Below are positions 29,824 through 37,820 of a stretch of 64,000 bases of DNA, piece by piece. The stretch lies in the NCBI GenBank assembly GCA_039800945.1, contig JBDLPT010000026.1:37120-101119 (forward strand). Direction: 5' to 3'. Positions within the stretch are counted from its first letter, which is position 1, and each line of letters begins with the position of its first letter. The notes under the pieces are model-generated. The model had not been told where the DNA came from. It ran no database searches and was given only the letters and a program-made list of their open reading frames with translations. The DNA comes from Bacteroidota bacterium. Lineage in GTDB: Bacteria > Bacteroidota > Bacteroidia > Flavobacteriales_D > Crocinitomicaceae. The position numbers and the translations under genes were made by a program.

Positions 29824-30268
29824 AGATTAATAGATATATTCTTTTTTTAAAAAATTATTTAAAGAATTTACAATGATTATTAAGGTTGTTCATTTGTGTA
29901 AAATTTAGGGAGTGGAATTTTGTTAATCACGTTAACCCATCTTTAATAACAGGATATACACAATAAAAAACATGTAATAATTTGAAATAGAAATAGTTAT
30001 AAAATTTGTTAATAAACATGTATCAGCTTTTTTGTGAAAAACTATTTACTAAAAATCCTAACAATTCACTTCAAAAATGGTGTACAAATAGTAAATAACA
30101 AATGCTAAAAAAGTAGGTATATGTCAAATGAATCGCGGATTGTAAAAATTAATTGAACTACCAAAAATATATTTGAATCATTATAAACAACTTCTGAACC
30201 AAAATTAGTAAGTGACGGTTTATAAAGCGAACCATTATATTACGATTCCGAGGTAGTAAATTACGAAA

Positions 30269-30277
30269 TGTGGATAA
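30269..30277 (-). promoter_or_regulatory. perfect DnaA box (TTATCCACA on the minus strand)
   Basis: TGTGGATAA on the plus strand, 3 nt upstream of the rpiB-proximal palindrome. Confidence 0.5.
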
Positions 30278-30280
30278 GTA

Positions 30281-30298
30281 TTAGCTTATTCTAGCTAA
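30281..30298. promoter_or_regulatory. palindrome TTAGCT-tattct-AGCTAA (candidate operator)
   Basis: Exact 6-bp inverted arms with an N6 spacer. The right arm runs into TAATTTTA, a -7-like box for rpiB. Confidence 0.45.
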
Positions 30299-30303
30299 TT
30301 TTA
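30296..30303 (+). promoter_or_regulatory. -7-like box TAATTTTA (one mismatch) for rpiB
   Basis: TAnnTTTA, 12 nt upstream of the ATG at 30316. Confidence 0.3.
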
Positions 30304-30315
30304 CAAAAAAAACGA

Positions 30316-30741
30316 ATGATTCCAATAGGCTGTGACCACGCAGGTTTCCAAACCAAACAAGCAATTATTAAACACCTCAAAGAACGAGGTTTCGAAGTTA
30401 AAGATTATGGTTGTCATTCGGAAGACAGCATTGATTATCCAGATTATGCTCACCCGGTTGCCAGCCATGTTGAATCTCACCCTGGAACTCTAGGTATCTT
30501 ATTGTGTGGATCCGGAAACGGCATCAATATGACCGCTAATAAGCACCAAGGAGTAAGAAGTGCTTTATGTTGGAAAAAAGAAATTGCTGAGCTAGCCAGA
30601 CAACACAACGATGCAAACATCATTACACTTCCAGCACGTTTTATTAGCATTGAAGAAGCTCTTGAAATGGTAGATTTATTTTTATCTACACGTTTTGAAG
30701 GAGGAAGACACGGCAATAGAATTGCTAAAATCCCTTGTTAG
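30316..30741 (+). CDS. rpiB: ribose-5-phosphate isomerase B
   Basis: LLCGSGNGINM active-site loop. 141 aa. Confidence 0.9.
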   Translation: MIPIGCDHAGFQTKQAIIKHLKERGFEVKDYGCHSEDSIDYPDYAHPVASHVESHPGTLGILLCGSGNGINMTANKHQGVRSALCWKKEIAELARQHNDANIITLPARFISIEEALEMVDLFLSTRFEGGRHGNRIAKIPC

Positions 30742-31823
30742 TTATCTTTAATTAAGATTTCAACTCTTCGATTCGCTTCTTTTTGTTCCTCGTTTTGAGG
30801 GTTTGCAAAAACCGGCTTACTATCACCAAATCCGACAGGATACAACCTATTGGCTGATATACCATTGTCTACTAAATACTTTTTAACCATCATTGCGCGT
30901 TGCTTAGATAGTTTCTTTGCTTCGCCTTCACCTTCTTCTCTAATGTTTACATGTCCATGAATTTCAATAGAAACATTAGGGTTTAAAAGTAAAAAATCAC
31001 GAAGTCTATTAAGTTGAGGATACGACTCTTCTAAAATTTCAGGAACACCAGCACCAAAATATACTTGCTCTAGTTTAGTTAATTCACCTTGCTCAAAGGC
31101 GTGTAAGTATATCGTGTCATTATACATCTCTTTAAATGGTAAAGACTGTTCTTTAAACTCGAGCGGAAAATAACCAGGAGCATCAATTTTTATATTGAGC
31201 TTTCTAACCCGTTGATTTAAATTCATGTAAAGATCAGAAGCAAAATACGTTCCGTTTAAATTGGGATTTCCTTGAAAAATTATTCTACTTGAAACCGGAC
31301 TAGAATCTCGATCATTTCTTATCACAAGGGTGTACTTAGGTAAGGAGCGGTCGTAAACAAGATCCAATTGATGTCTTAAATCTATTTGATCGTCAATCTG
31401 AAAATGAGAACTTATATGAACAGTGGAAAGCGCTTTTGGAGCAGCTTCGATTAATAGGCTCAACACCTCGTTTTTTGCAACGCGTCTTTTGATGTTCTGG
31501 TAGTTACCCGTTGGGATAATTTCTGGATTTAAACGCGCGCTTTCCTCGGGGTTTTCTAATAGATCACAAATATTTTCTATGCTAGAATATAACTTCCCTT
31601 TGAAGTTTTCATTTCCTCTTAAATTGATAACGACATCTCCTTCATTAGGTGCAATAAAAACCACCCAGATGAAGTTGTTTTTTGTTTTTCCGAGAAAATT
31701 TACTTGAAATGCGCCATCTAATGGTGCAAATACCGCGCCTCTGCACTGATTATATGATTGGTCTTGTGCCCAAAACGATAGGCTAAAGAAAAAACAGAAA
31801 AAAATACAAAGAGAAATTTTCAC
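30738..31823 (-). CDS. OmpA-family (peptidoglycan-binding C-terminal domain) secreted protein
   Basis: Signal peptide. C-terminal OmpA_C-like region (...SKQRAMMVKKYLVDNGISANRLYPVGFGDSKPV...NRRVEILI). Confidence 0.75.
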   Translation of the reverse strand: MKISLCIFFCFFFSLSFWAQDQSYNQCRGAVFAPLDGAFQVNFLGKTKNNFIWVVFIAPNEGDVVINLRGNENFKGKLYSSIENICDLLENPEESARLNPEIIPTGNYQNIKRRVAKNEVLSLLIEAAPKALSTVHISSHFQIDDQIDLRHQLDLVYDRSLPKYTLVIRNDRDSSPVSSRIIFQGNPNLNGTYFASDLYMNLNQRVRKLNIKIDAPGYFPLEFKEQSLPFKEMYNDTIYLHAFEQGELTKLEQVYFGAGVPEILEESYPQLNRLRDFLLLNPNVSIEIHGHVNIREEGEGEAKKLSKQRAMMVKKYLVDNGISANRLYPVGFGDSKPVFANPQNEEQKEANRRVEILIKDN

Positions 31824-31838
31824 AAGCCCTTATACGTC

Positions 31839-33239
31839 TTATTTGATTTTAAGTTTCAAACCGCCAATTAGCTCAATGTCTACACTGATGTAATCTTCAA
31901 AGAGCTGTAGATTGTGAACTTGTAATGAGTTAATGACAGTGGAGAGCCAAACCCCCTTACTAATTTCTCCATTCATTTGCTGTTGAACTGCAATTTTGGT
32001 GTCATTTAAAATCGAATTCAGATCAATATCAAAGCTGGTGACCATGAGTTCTTTAAGTTTCGAATCAAGTATCCATTGTGCTGAATGTAGCAAAACACTT
32101 TTGGTTTGAATATCGTAATCAACATCTTTAATTTTGAGGTGTTGTTGTTGGTCTATATAAGGCGTTACAATCAAAAACACCCGCCCTCTTTTTGTTCCAG
32201 AGAAATCAACAGCAAGCACCAAACGCTCTTTCTGCGGCCCAAGTAGCAGCACTTTATCTATCTCAATGCTGCGTTTATTTGTGATTTCAATAGTTTGTTT
32301 ACCAAGTTCCCGTTCCAGAATTTTATTAATAGAATCATATAATGCTATGCTTCTTAAGTGAATGATGCTTTGTTCATTTTGAATCTGAAGTGGCGTGTTT
32401 TTAGGTAAAGCAATATGTGGTAAAGCCAACGAATGAGTAGAGAAAACAGGGTTTGCTTTAATTTGTGTTATGAAGGTTGCACGTTTTCCATCGTTCTCTA
32501 GGCGTAAATTAGAGATGCCAATGGTGTTAGGCCGCAGATAGAAATAGCCGTATGGCGCCACCAAAATAGAGTCTTGTAAGCTGTTCCAAACCTCGGTTAC
32601 TGTCTGCTGAACTGGTGTGCTTTCAAGTTGTTTGTCGATGTCTTTTTCTAAATCGGTTAGTGATTTACGCACTTCTTTTTCAATGGTTTCTGTAGCATTG
32701 TATTGAAAAACAGTGATTTTACAAGGGTCTATAAGTCTGAAATTATCTAGCTTGGTTTGGGAAATCAGTTTAAAATCGTTGCCAATACTGACTTTACTTT
32801 CGTACTTAATTTCTACCCTTCTTTTTGGCTCACCAACGCCACAAGAAGCATAAAGTCTAGGAATGACACAGGATGGTGCGCCGAACAACTCATGACAACT
32901 TGGACAGTAAGATAAACTGAGGTCAAAACGGCCATCTATTTGGTAACTAATCGTGTTGTGTTTGAATTCGAAAAATAGTGGATCGCGTTCAAAGTTGTAT
33001 TTATAACTGATGCCTTCGCATTGTTTTTCTTCTCCGCTAAACTTAAGATCTAATGAGCTTTCGGCTTCTTTTAAATAAGGCTGTAGCGCAATTTCTGTAG
33101 CAATTTGAATTGTTGAGGGCTCAAGTGTAGAGAGCTCGGATTGTAAATTTTCTGAGTCAAGAACAGGGGCGGGAACTTGTATGTTTTTACAAGAATAAAA
33201 AACAAGCAAAAGTAACGGCGCGCTAATTAGTTGTTTCAT
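31839..33239 (-). CDS. uncharacterised lipoprotein (DUF4403-like by recollection)
   Basis: Lipobox LVFYSC. 466 aa. No recognisable catalytic motif. Confidence 0.35.
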   Translation of the reverse strand: MKQLISAPLLLLVFYSCKNIQVPAPVLDSENLQSELSTLEPSTIQIATEIALQPYLKEAESSLDLKFSGEEKQCEGISYKYNFERDPLFFEFKHNTISYQIDGRFDLSLSYCPSCHELFGAPSCVIPRLYASCGVGEPKRRVEIKYESKVSIGNDFKLISQTKLDNFRLIDPCKITVFQYNATETIEKEVRKSLTDLEKDIDKQLESTPVQQTVTEVWNSLQDSILVAPYGYFYLRPNTIGISNLRLENDGKRATFITQIKANPVFSTHSLALPHIALPKNTPLQIQNEQSIIHLRSIALYDSINKILERELGKQTIEITNKRSIEIDKVLLLGPQKERLVLAVDFSGTKRGRVFLIVTPYIDQQQHLKIKDVDYDIQTKSVLLHSAQWILDSKLKELMVTSFDIDLNSILNDTKIAVQQQMNGEISKGVWLSTVINSLQVHNLQLFEDYISVDIELIGGLKLKIK

Positions 33240-33775
33240 ATTACAGGTTTGAGCAGAGCCTTTTGTAAAAAATCCACACGCATGGATTCAACCACGCCTT
33301 CCGCTTCTTCAATAAAAGGACTGGTATAGGAAGCCTTACTTTGTCCGCCGCTAATTTCAAAAATCAAGTTTGCATCTTGTTTACAAAGAGATGAATTAAA
33401 GAACATACCACTTAGTTCATAATGATCAAACAAGCAGTTACCCATGTGTGTCATTTCAATCAGCAAGCTGTCGCCTTCGTCCATCCAAAGCTTATTATTG
33501 GTTTCATCATAAACAATATGATAGGCTTTGGTGCTGAGCGTCTCACCCTGCGGACTTAAATAAGACATATTGTAGGCCCAATAATTTTCTCGGTCCATTA
33601 TTTGAATATCTAATTGGACACCGACAGTTTGTTGCAATCCTTTGGGGCTATAAATTTCCATTTGGCCTTCGTAGCGCCCAAGCCAAGATGAAGGAACGCC
33701 TGTTTCGAATCCAGGGGTAGGATTGTTTTGCCCTAAACAAACAGAGCTGGTTAGAAGTATAAAAAGTAAACGCAT
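33236..33775 (-). CDS. uncharacterised secreted protein, 179 aa
   Basis: Signal peptide MRLLFILLTSSVCLGQ. ATGA overlap with the downstream lipoprotein gene. Confidence 0.4.
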   Translation of the reverse strand: MRLLFILLTSSVCLGQNNPTPGFETGVPSSWLGRYEGQMEIYSPKGLQQTVGVQLDIQIMDRENYWAYNMSYLSPQGETLSTKAYHIVYDETNNKLWMDEGDSLLIEMTHMGNCLFDHYELSGMFFNSSLCKQDANLIFEISGGQSKASYTSPFIEEAEGVVESMRVDFLQKALLKPVI

Positions 33776-33798
33776 AAAAAAAGGGGCTTTCGCCCCTC
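33776..33798 (-). terminator. rho-independent terminator after icd, abutting the next start codon
   Basis: Minus strand reads AGGGGC-GAAA-GCCCCT (GNRA loop), then T7, then immediately the ATG of the 179-aa gene. Confidence 0.8.
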
Positions 33799-33802
33799 TA
33801 AT

Positions 33803-35032
33803 TTATTTCATTTTTGCTTGTAAACCTTGGTCTAGTGCATCTAAAAATTCTTCAGTATACACATAGTGTTCGCCGTGGTTCACTTTGTTGCCGTGAATAC
33901 AAACCGCGAGGTCTTTGGTCATGATGCCGCTTTCTACGGTTTCAATACAAACACGCTCTAGGGAATTACAAAAATCAATGAGTGCTTGGTTGTTGTCTAG
34001 TTTTCCTCTGAAAGCCAAACCGCGAGTCCATGCAAAAATTGAAGCGATTGGGTTTGTAGATGTCTTTTTACCTGCTTGGTGATCGCGGAAGTGACGCGTC
34101 ACGGTTCCGTGTGCTGCTTCAGACTCCATGATTTCTCCGTCTGGCGTAACAAGCACAGAGGTCATGAGACCTAAAGACCCAAAACCTTGAGCAACGGTGT
34201 CAGACTGTACATCACCGTCATAGTTTTTACAAGCCCAAACAAAGTTTCCGTTCCATTTAAGAGCAGAAGCTACCATGTCGTCAATGAGTCTGTGTTCATA
34301 AACGATGCCTGCAGCCTCAAACTTAGCCTTGAATTCATTTTGATAGATCTCTTCAAAGATGTCTTTGAAACGACCATCGTATTTTTTCAAGATGGTGTTT
34401 TTGGTTGACAAATAAAGCGGCCATTTTTTTGAAAGCGCCATATTGAAACAGCTGCGCGCAAAACCTTCGATAGATTCGTCGGTGTTGTACATTGCCATCC
34501 CGACACCATCACCTTTAAAGTTATAAACTTCGAAAGATTGGGTTTCACCGCCGTCTTCAGGTGTAAAGGTCATGGTGAGCTTTCCTTTACCTTTGAAAAC
34601 TGCATCTGTGGCGCGATATTGATCACCAAATGCGTGGCGACCCACAATGATAGGTGCAGTCCAGTTTGTAACTAAACGAGGCACATTTTGCATGACGATT
34701 GGCTCGCGGAAAACGGTTCCATCTAAAATGTTGCGGATGGTTCCATTAGGTGACTTCCACATAGATTTCAAGCTAAATTCTTGAACTCTTGCTTCATCAG
34801 GAGTGATGGTAGCACACTTGATACCTACTTTGTATTTTTTGATAGCTTCTGCTGCGTCAACCGTGATTTGATCATTGGTTTCATCTCTTTTTTCAATACC
34901 TAAATCGTAATATTTGATATCGAGATCAAGGTATGGTAAAATCAATTTGTCTTTGATGAATTTCCAAATGATGCGAGTCATTTCATCGCCGTCTAGTTCT
35001 ACTACAGGGTTGGCTACTTTAATTTTTGACAT
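33803..35032 (-). CDS. icd: NADP-dependent isocitrate dehydrogenase (eukaryote-like dimeric type)
   Basis: The N-terminus [23 protein letters not shown]... and the whole length match the IDH1/2-like subfamily. Confidence 0.95.
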   Translation of the reverse strand: MSKIKVANPVVELDGDEMTRIIWKFIKDKLILPYLDLDIKYYDLGIEKRDETNDQITVDAAEAIKKYKVGIKCATITPDEARVQEFSLKSMWKSPNGTIRNILDGTVFREPIVMQNVPRLVTNWTAPIIVGRHAFGDQYRATDAVFKGKGKLTMTFTPEDGGETQSFEVYNFKGDGVGMAMYNTDESIEGFARSCFNMALSKKWPLYLSTKNTILKKYDGRFKDIFEEIYQNEFKAKFEAAGIVYEHRLIDDMVASALKWNGNFVWACKNYDGDVQSDTVAQGFGSLGLMTSVLVTPDGEIMESEAAHGTVTRHFRDHQAGKKTSTNPIASIFAWTRGLAFRGKLDNNQALIDFCNSLERVCIETVESGIMTKDLAVCIHGNKVNHGEHYVYTEEFLDALDQGLQAKMK

Positions 35033-35110
35033 GTGTTCTTTTTTGTTGTTGTAAAATTACGCATTTCAGCGCTCATTTGAATAAAATGATTGCTGAGAAG
35101 GATAGGTGGA

Positions 35111-36508
35111 TTAATCCAATGAACCAATCATTTTTGAAGGGTCGACAATTTGGTCATAATCTTCAGCAGAAACGTGACCAAGGCCTACCGCAGCTTCTTT
35201 CAGCGTGGTGCCGTTTTTATGTGCATATTTTGCAATCTCGGCTGCTTTGTAATAACCAATTTTAGTATTGAGCGCGGTCACCAACATCAAAGAGTTGTCA
35301 AGGTGTTGTTTCACAACCGGTAAGTTGGCTTCAATTCCTACGGCGCAATTGTCTGCAAAAGAAACACAAGCATCACCAAGTAGGCGCGCAGATTGAAGTA
35401 CATTAGCAGCAATAACTGGTTTGAATACGTTGAGCTCAAAATGCCCGTTTGACCCTGCGACACTTACTGTCATGTCGTTGCCCATCACTTGAGCGCAAAC
35501 CATTGTGAGTGCTTCTGGTTGGGTTGGGTTCACCTTTCCTGGCATAATTGAAGAACCCGGTTCGTTATCTGGAATAACAATTTCTCCGATACCACAACGC
35601 GGTCCAGAAGAAAGCATACGGATGTCATTGGCAATTTTCATGAGGGAAACCGCCGCTCTTTTCAAGGCGCCAGAGAGTTCGACCATTGCATCGTGAGCAG
35701 CAAGCGCTTCAAATTTATTGGCTGCAGTTATGAACGGCAAACCCGTGAAATCTGCAATTTTTTTAGCTACCAAAACGTCGTAGCCTTTTGGAGTGTTTAA
35801 TCCGGTACCAACCGCGGTTCCGCCCAAAGCCAATTCTGAAACAGCTACCAAAGCGTTGTTTATAGCTCTAACTGAGTTGTCGATCTGTGCCACATAACCA
35901 CTAAATTCTTGACCAAGTGTAAGTGGAGTGGCATCCATAAAGTGGGTGCGTCCAGTTTTAACCACATCTTTAAATTGCTCTACTTTTCCTTGTAAGACGG
36001 CACGCAAATGCAAGAGTCCAGGAAGCGTAGTTTCTACCGTCATTTTATATGCTGCAATATGCATTGCCGTTGGGTAGGTGTCATTTGAAGATTGTGATTT
36101 ATTGACGTCGTCATTTGGGTTGAGTACTTTTTGCTCGTCATTTAATGTACCACCAGTTAGCACGTGCCCACGATTTGCAATTACTTCATTGCAGTTCATA
36201 TTAGATTGTGTTCCCGAACCAGTTTGCCATATCACTAATGGAAATTCTGCATCGTGCTGACCCGTTAGGATTTCGTCACAAACTTTAGAAATCAGGTCTC
36301 TTTTTTCTACCGGCAATACACCTAAATCATGATTGGCGTGTGCGGCTGCCTTTTTTAAGTATGCAAAGGCATGAATAACTTCAATGGGCATGGATCCTTC
36401 CGGACCGATTTTAAAGTTGTTTCTTGAGCGCTCAGTTTGTGCCCCCCAATAGCGATGAGCAGGTACTTTTACCTCGCCCATGGTGTCTTTTTCAATTCGG
36501 AATTCCAT
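35111..36508 (-). CDS. fumC: class II fumarate hydratase
   Basis: [11 protein letters not shown] signature. 465 aa. Confidence 0.97.
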   Translation of the reverse strand: MEFRIEKDTMGEVKVPAHRYWGAQTERSRNNFKIGPEGSMPIEVIHAFAYLKKAAAHANHDLGVLPVEKRDLISKVCDEILTGQHDAEFPLVIWQTGSGTQSNMNCNEVIANRGHVLTGGTLNDEQKVLNPNDDVNKSQSSNDTYPTAMHIAAYKMTVETTLPGLLHLRAVLQGKVEQFKDVVKTGRTHFMDATPLTLGQEFSGYVAQIDNSVRAINNALVAVSELALGGTAVGTGLNTPKGYDVLVAKKIADFTGLPFITAANKFEALAAHDAMVELSGALKRAAVSLMKIANDIRMLSSGPRCGIGEIVIPDNEPGSSIMPGKVNPTQPEALTMVCAQVMGNDMTVSVAGSNGHFELNVFKPVIAANVLQSARLLGDACVSFADNCAVGIEANLPVVKQHLDNSLMLVTALNTKIGYYKAAEIAKYAHKNGTTLKEAAVGLGHVSAEDYDQIVDPSKMIGSLD

Positions 36509-36535
36509 TTTTTCTTGAATATTAATTTATTTGTG

Positions 36536-36543
36536 TAATTTTG
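36536..36543 (+). promoter_or_regulatory. candidate sigma-A -7 box TAATTTTG for the 51-aa small gene
   Basis: Exact TAnnTTTG, 30 nt upstream of the ATG at 36574. Confidence 0.45.
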
Positions 36544-36558
36544 GACAGTATTCAACTG

Positions 36559-36566
36559 CAAAAATA
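36559..36566 (-). promoter_or_regulatory. candidate sigma-A -7 box TATTTTTG for fumC
   Basis: Exact TAnnTTTG on the minus strand, 50 nt upstream of the fumC ATG. Confidence 0.4.
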
Positions 36567-36573
36567 ATAGAAG

Positions 36574-36729
36574 ATGAGCACTTTCGGTATTGTAATGTTT
36601 CTTTTAATTGGCGGAATGGCCTTTTGGATGTTGTTCTTTTTATTAGGATTCATCCTTCCTTATTGGTTAACACTCGGCCTTTTCGAACAATTGCGTCCAA
36701 AACGTATTTTTGACGAAAAAACGAAATAA
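36574..36729 (+). CDS. 51-aa hydrophobic small protein (MSTFGIVMFLLIGGMAFWMLFFLLGFILPYWLTLGLFEQLRPKRIFDEKTK)
   Basis: Hand-translated ORF, not in the track. It is flanked by its own -7 box and a strong terminator. The track ORF 36531-36713, in another frame, looks non-coding. Confidence 0.55.
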   Translation: MSTFGIVMFLLIGGMAFWMLFFLLGFILPYWLTLGLFEQLRPKRIFDEKTK

Positions 36730-36747
36730 GAGAAATTGATTTCACCG

Positions 36748-36771
36748 AAAGCGCCAAATGGCGCTTTTTTT
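36748..36771 (+). terminator. rho-independent terminator after the small gene
   Basis: AAAGCGCC-aaat-GGCGCTTT followed by a T run. Confidence 0.8.
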
Positions 36772-36838
36772 ATGCCCTTTTTTCATGCTTTAGGAATATA
36801 AATTCCTTAATTTCGAATGATCAATTCAACACACCATT

Positions 36839-37819
36839 ATGGAAATCACACCCGAACTCAAAGAGAAATTAGCCTTACTTAACGAGAAATACGCCGCATT
36901 AGGCGAAGACTTCAATGCTTATTTAGAAGGTTTGCTTTACGCTGACGTCACTACCTACTGGGACTACATTCAACTCGACACCCTTTTAAGTCTACAAAAA
37001 CCCAAAACCTCTTTTCCCGATGAGGTGGTGTTTATTATGTATCACCAAATTACCGAGCTCTATTTTAAATTAGCGCTCAGAGAATTTGAAGCCTTAGGTC
37101 AGTTGACCCATCCAACAAAAGCACATTTTATAGACCGTGTTACCAGAATCAATAGATATTTCGATGCACTTGTCAAGAGTTTTGAAATCATGATCGACGG
37201 TATGGATCGCGATGAATTTTTAAAATTCAGAATGAGCCTACTTCCAGCCTCTGGTTTTCAGTCTGCACAATACAGAGAAATCGAAATCTTCAGCACAGAC
37301 TTCATCAATTTGGTGGCTAAAGATGTTAGAGAGTCTGTCCGCACAGAGCAAGCTATAGAGAAACTTTTTGAAAACATTTACTGGAAAGCGGGTGCCACTG
37401 AAGTTGCCACAGGTAAAAAAACCCTGACGCTCATACAGTTTGAAGAAAAATATAAAGACCAGTTTATTGCTTTAGGAGAAAATTGCAAAGACAAAAACCT
37501 TTGGCAAGTGTATTTAAGACTTCCTGCCGAAGACCAAGCAGATGAGCAAGTAAAAAATGCATTGCGTCAGAACGATGTTAACGTTAATATCAATTGGCCT
37601 TTAGCGCATTATAAATCAGCAGTAAGATATTTGGCAAGAAAAGACCAAGATGTTGCGGCAACAGGCGGAACCAACTGGCAAAAATATCTTCCACCACGTT
37701 TTCAGAAGAGAATTTTCTATCCTAACTTATGGTCTACAGAAGAGCATGAAACTTGGGGAAAAGCTTGGGTCGAAGAAGCCTTGCAAAAAGGTTCGCCCTC
37801 GAAAAAAGGTTCGCTTTAA
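36839..37819 (+). CDS. kynA: tryptophan 2,3-dioxygenase family protein
   Basis: YWDYIQLDTLLSLQKP motif and a helical TDO-like pattern. Confidence 0.75.
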   Translation: MEITPELKEKLALLNEKYAALGEDFNAYLEGLLYADVTTYWDYIQLDTLLSLQKPKTSFPDEVVFIMYHQITELYFKLALREFEALGQLTHPTKAHFIDRVTRINRYFDALVKSFEIMIDGMDRDEFLKFRMSLLPASGFQSAQYREIEIFSTDFINLVAKDVRESVRTEQAIEKLFENIYWKAGATEVATGKKTLTLIQFEEKYKDQFIALGENCKDKNLWQVYLRLPAEDQADEQVKNALRQNDVNVNINWPLAHYKSAVRYLARKDQDVAATGGTNWQKYLPPRFQKRIFYPNLWSTEEHETWGKAWVEEALQKGSPSKKGSL

Positions 37820-37820
37820 A

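Noticed and set aside
29801-30304. MITE-like insertion bounded by the ~23-nt imperfect inverted repeats
   Set aside because: I found no target-site duplication at either boundary. The repeat core also occurs independently at the FISUMP promoter, and each arm is fused to an outward-facing -7 box. An operator/promoter module explains it better. The inverton possibility is kept as an alternative in the findings.
34091-34102. 12-bp palindrome GTGACGCGTCAC
   Set aside because: It lies inside the conserved icd coding sequence as a single occurrence with no partner site. It is most likely chance.
36531-36713. 60-aa track ORF in the fumC-kynA spacer
   Set aside because: Its sequence (MCNFGQYSTAKIIEDEHFRYCNVSF...) has no protein-like features. 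A different frame gives a coherent hydrophobic 51-aa ORF bracketed by a -7 box and a terminator.
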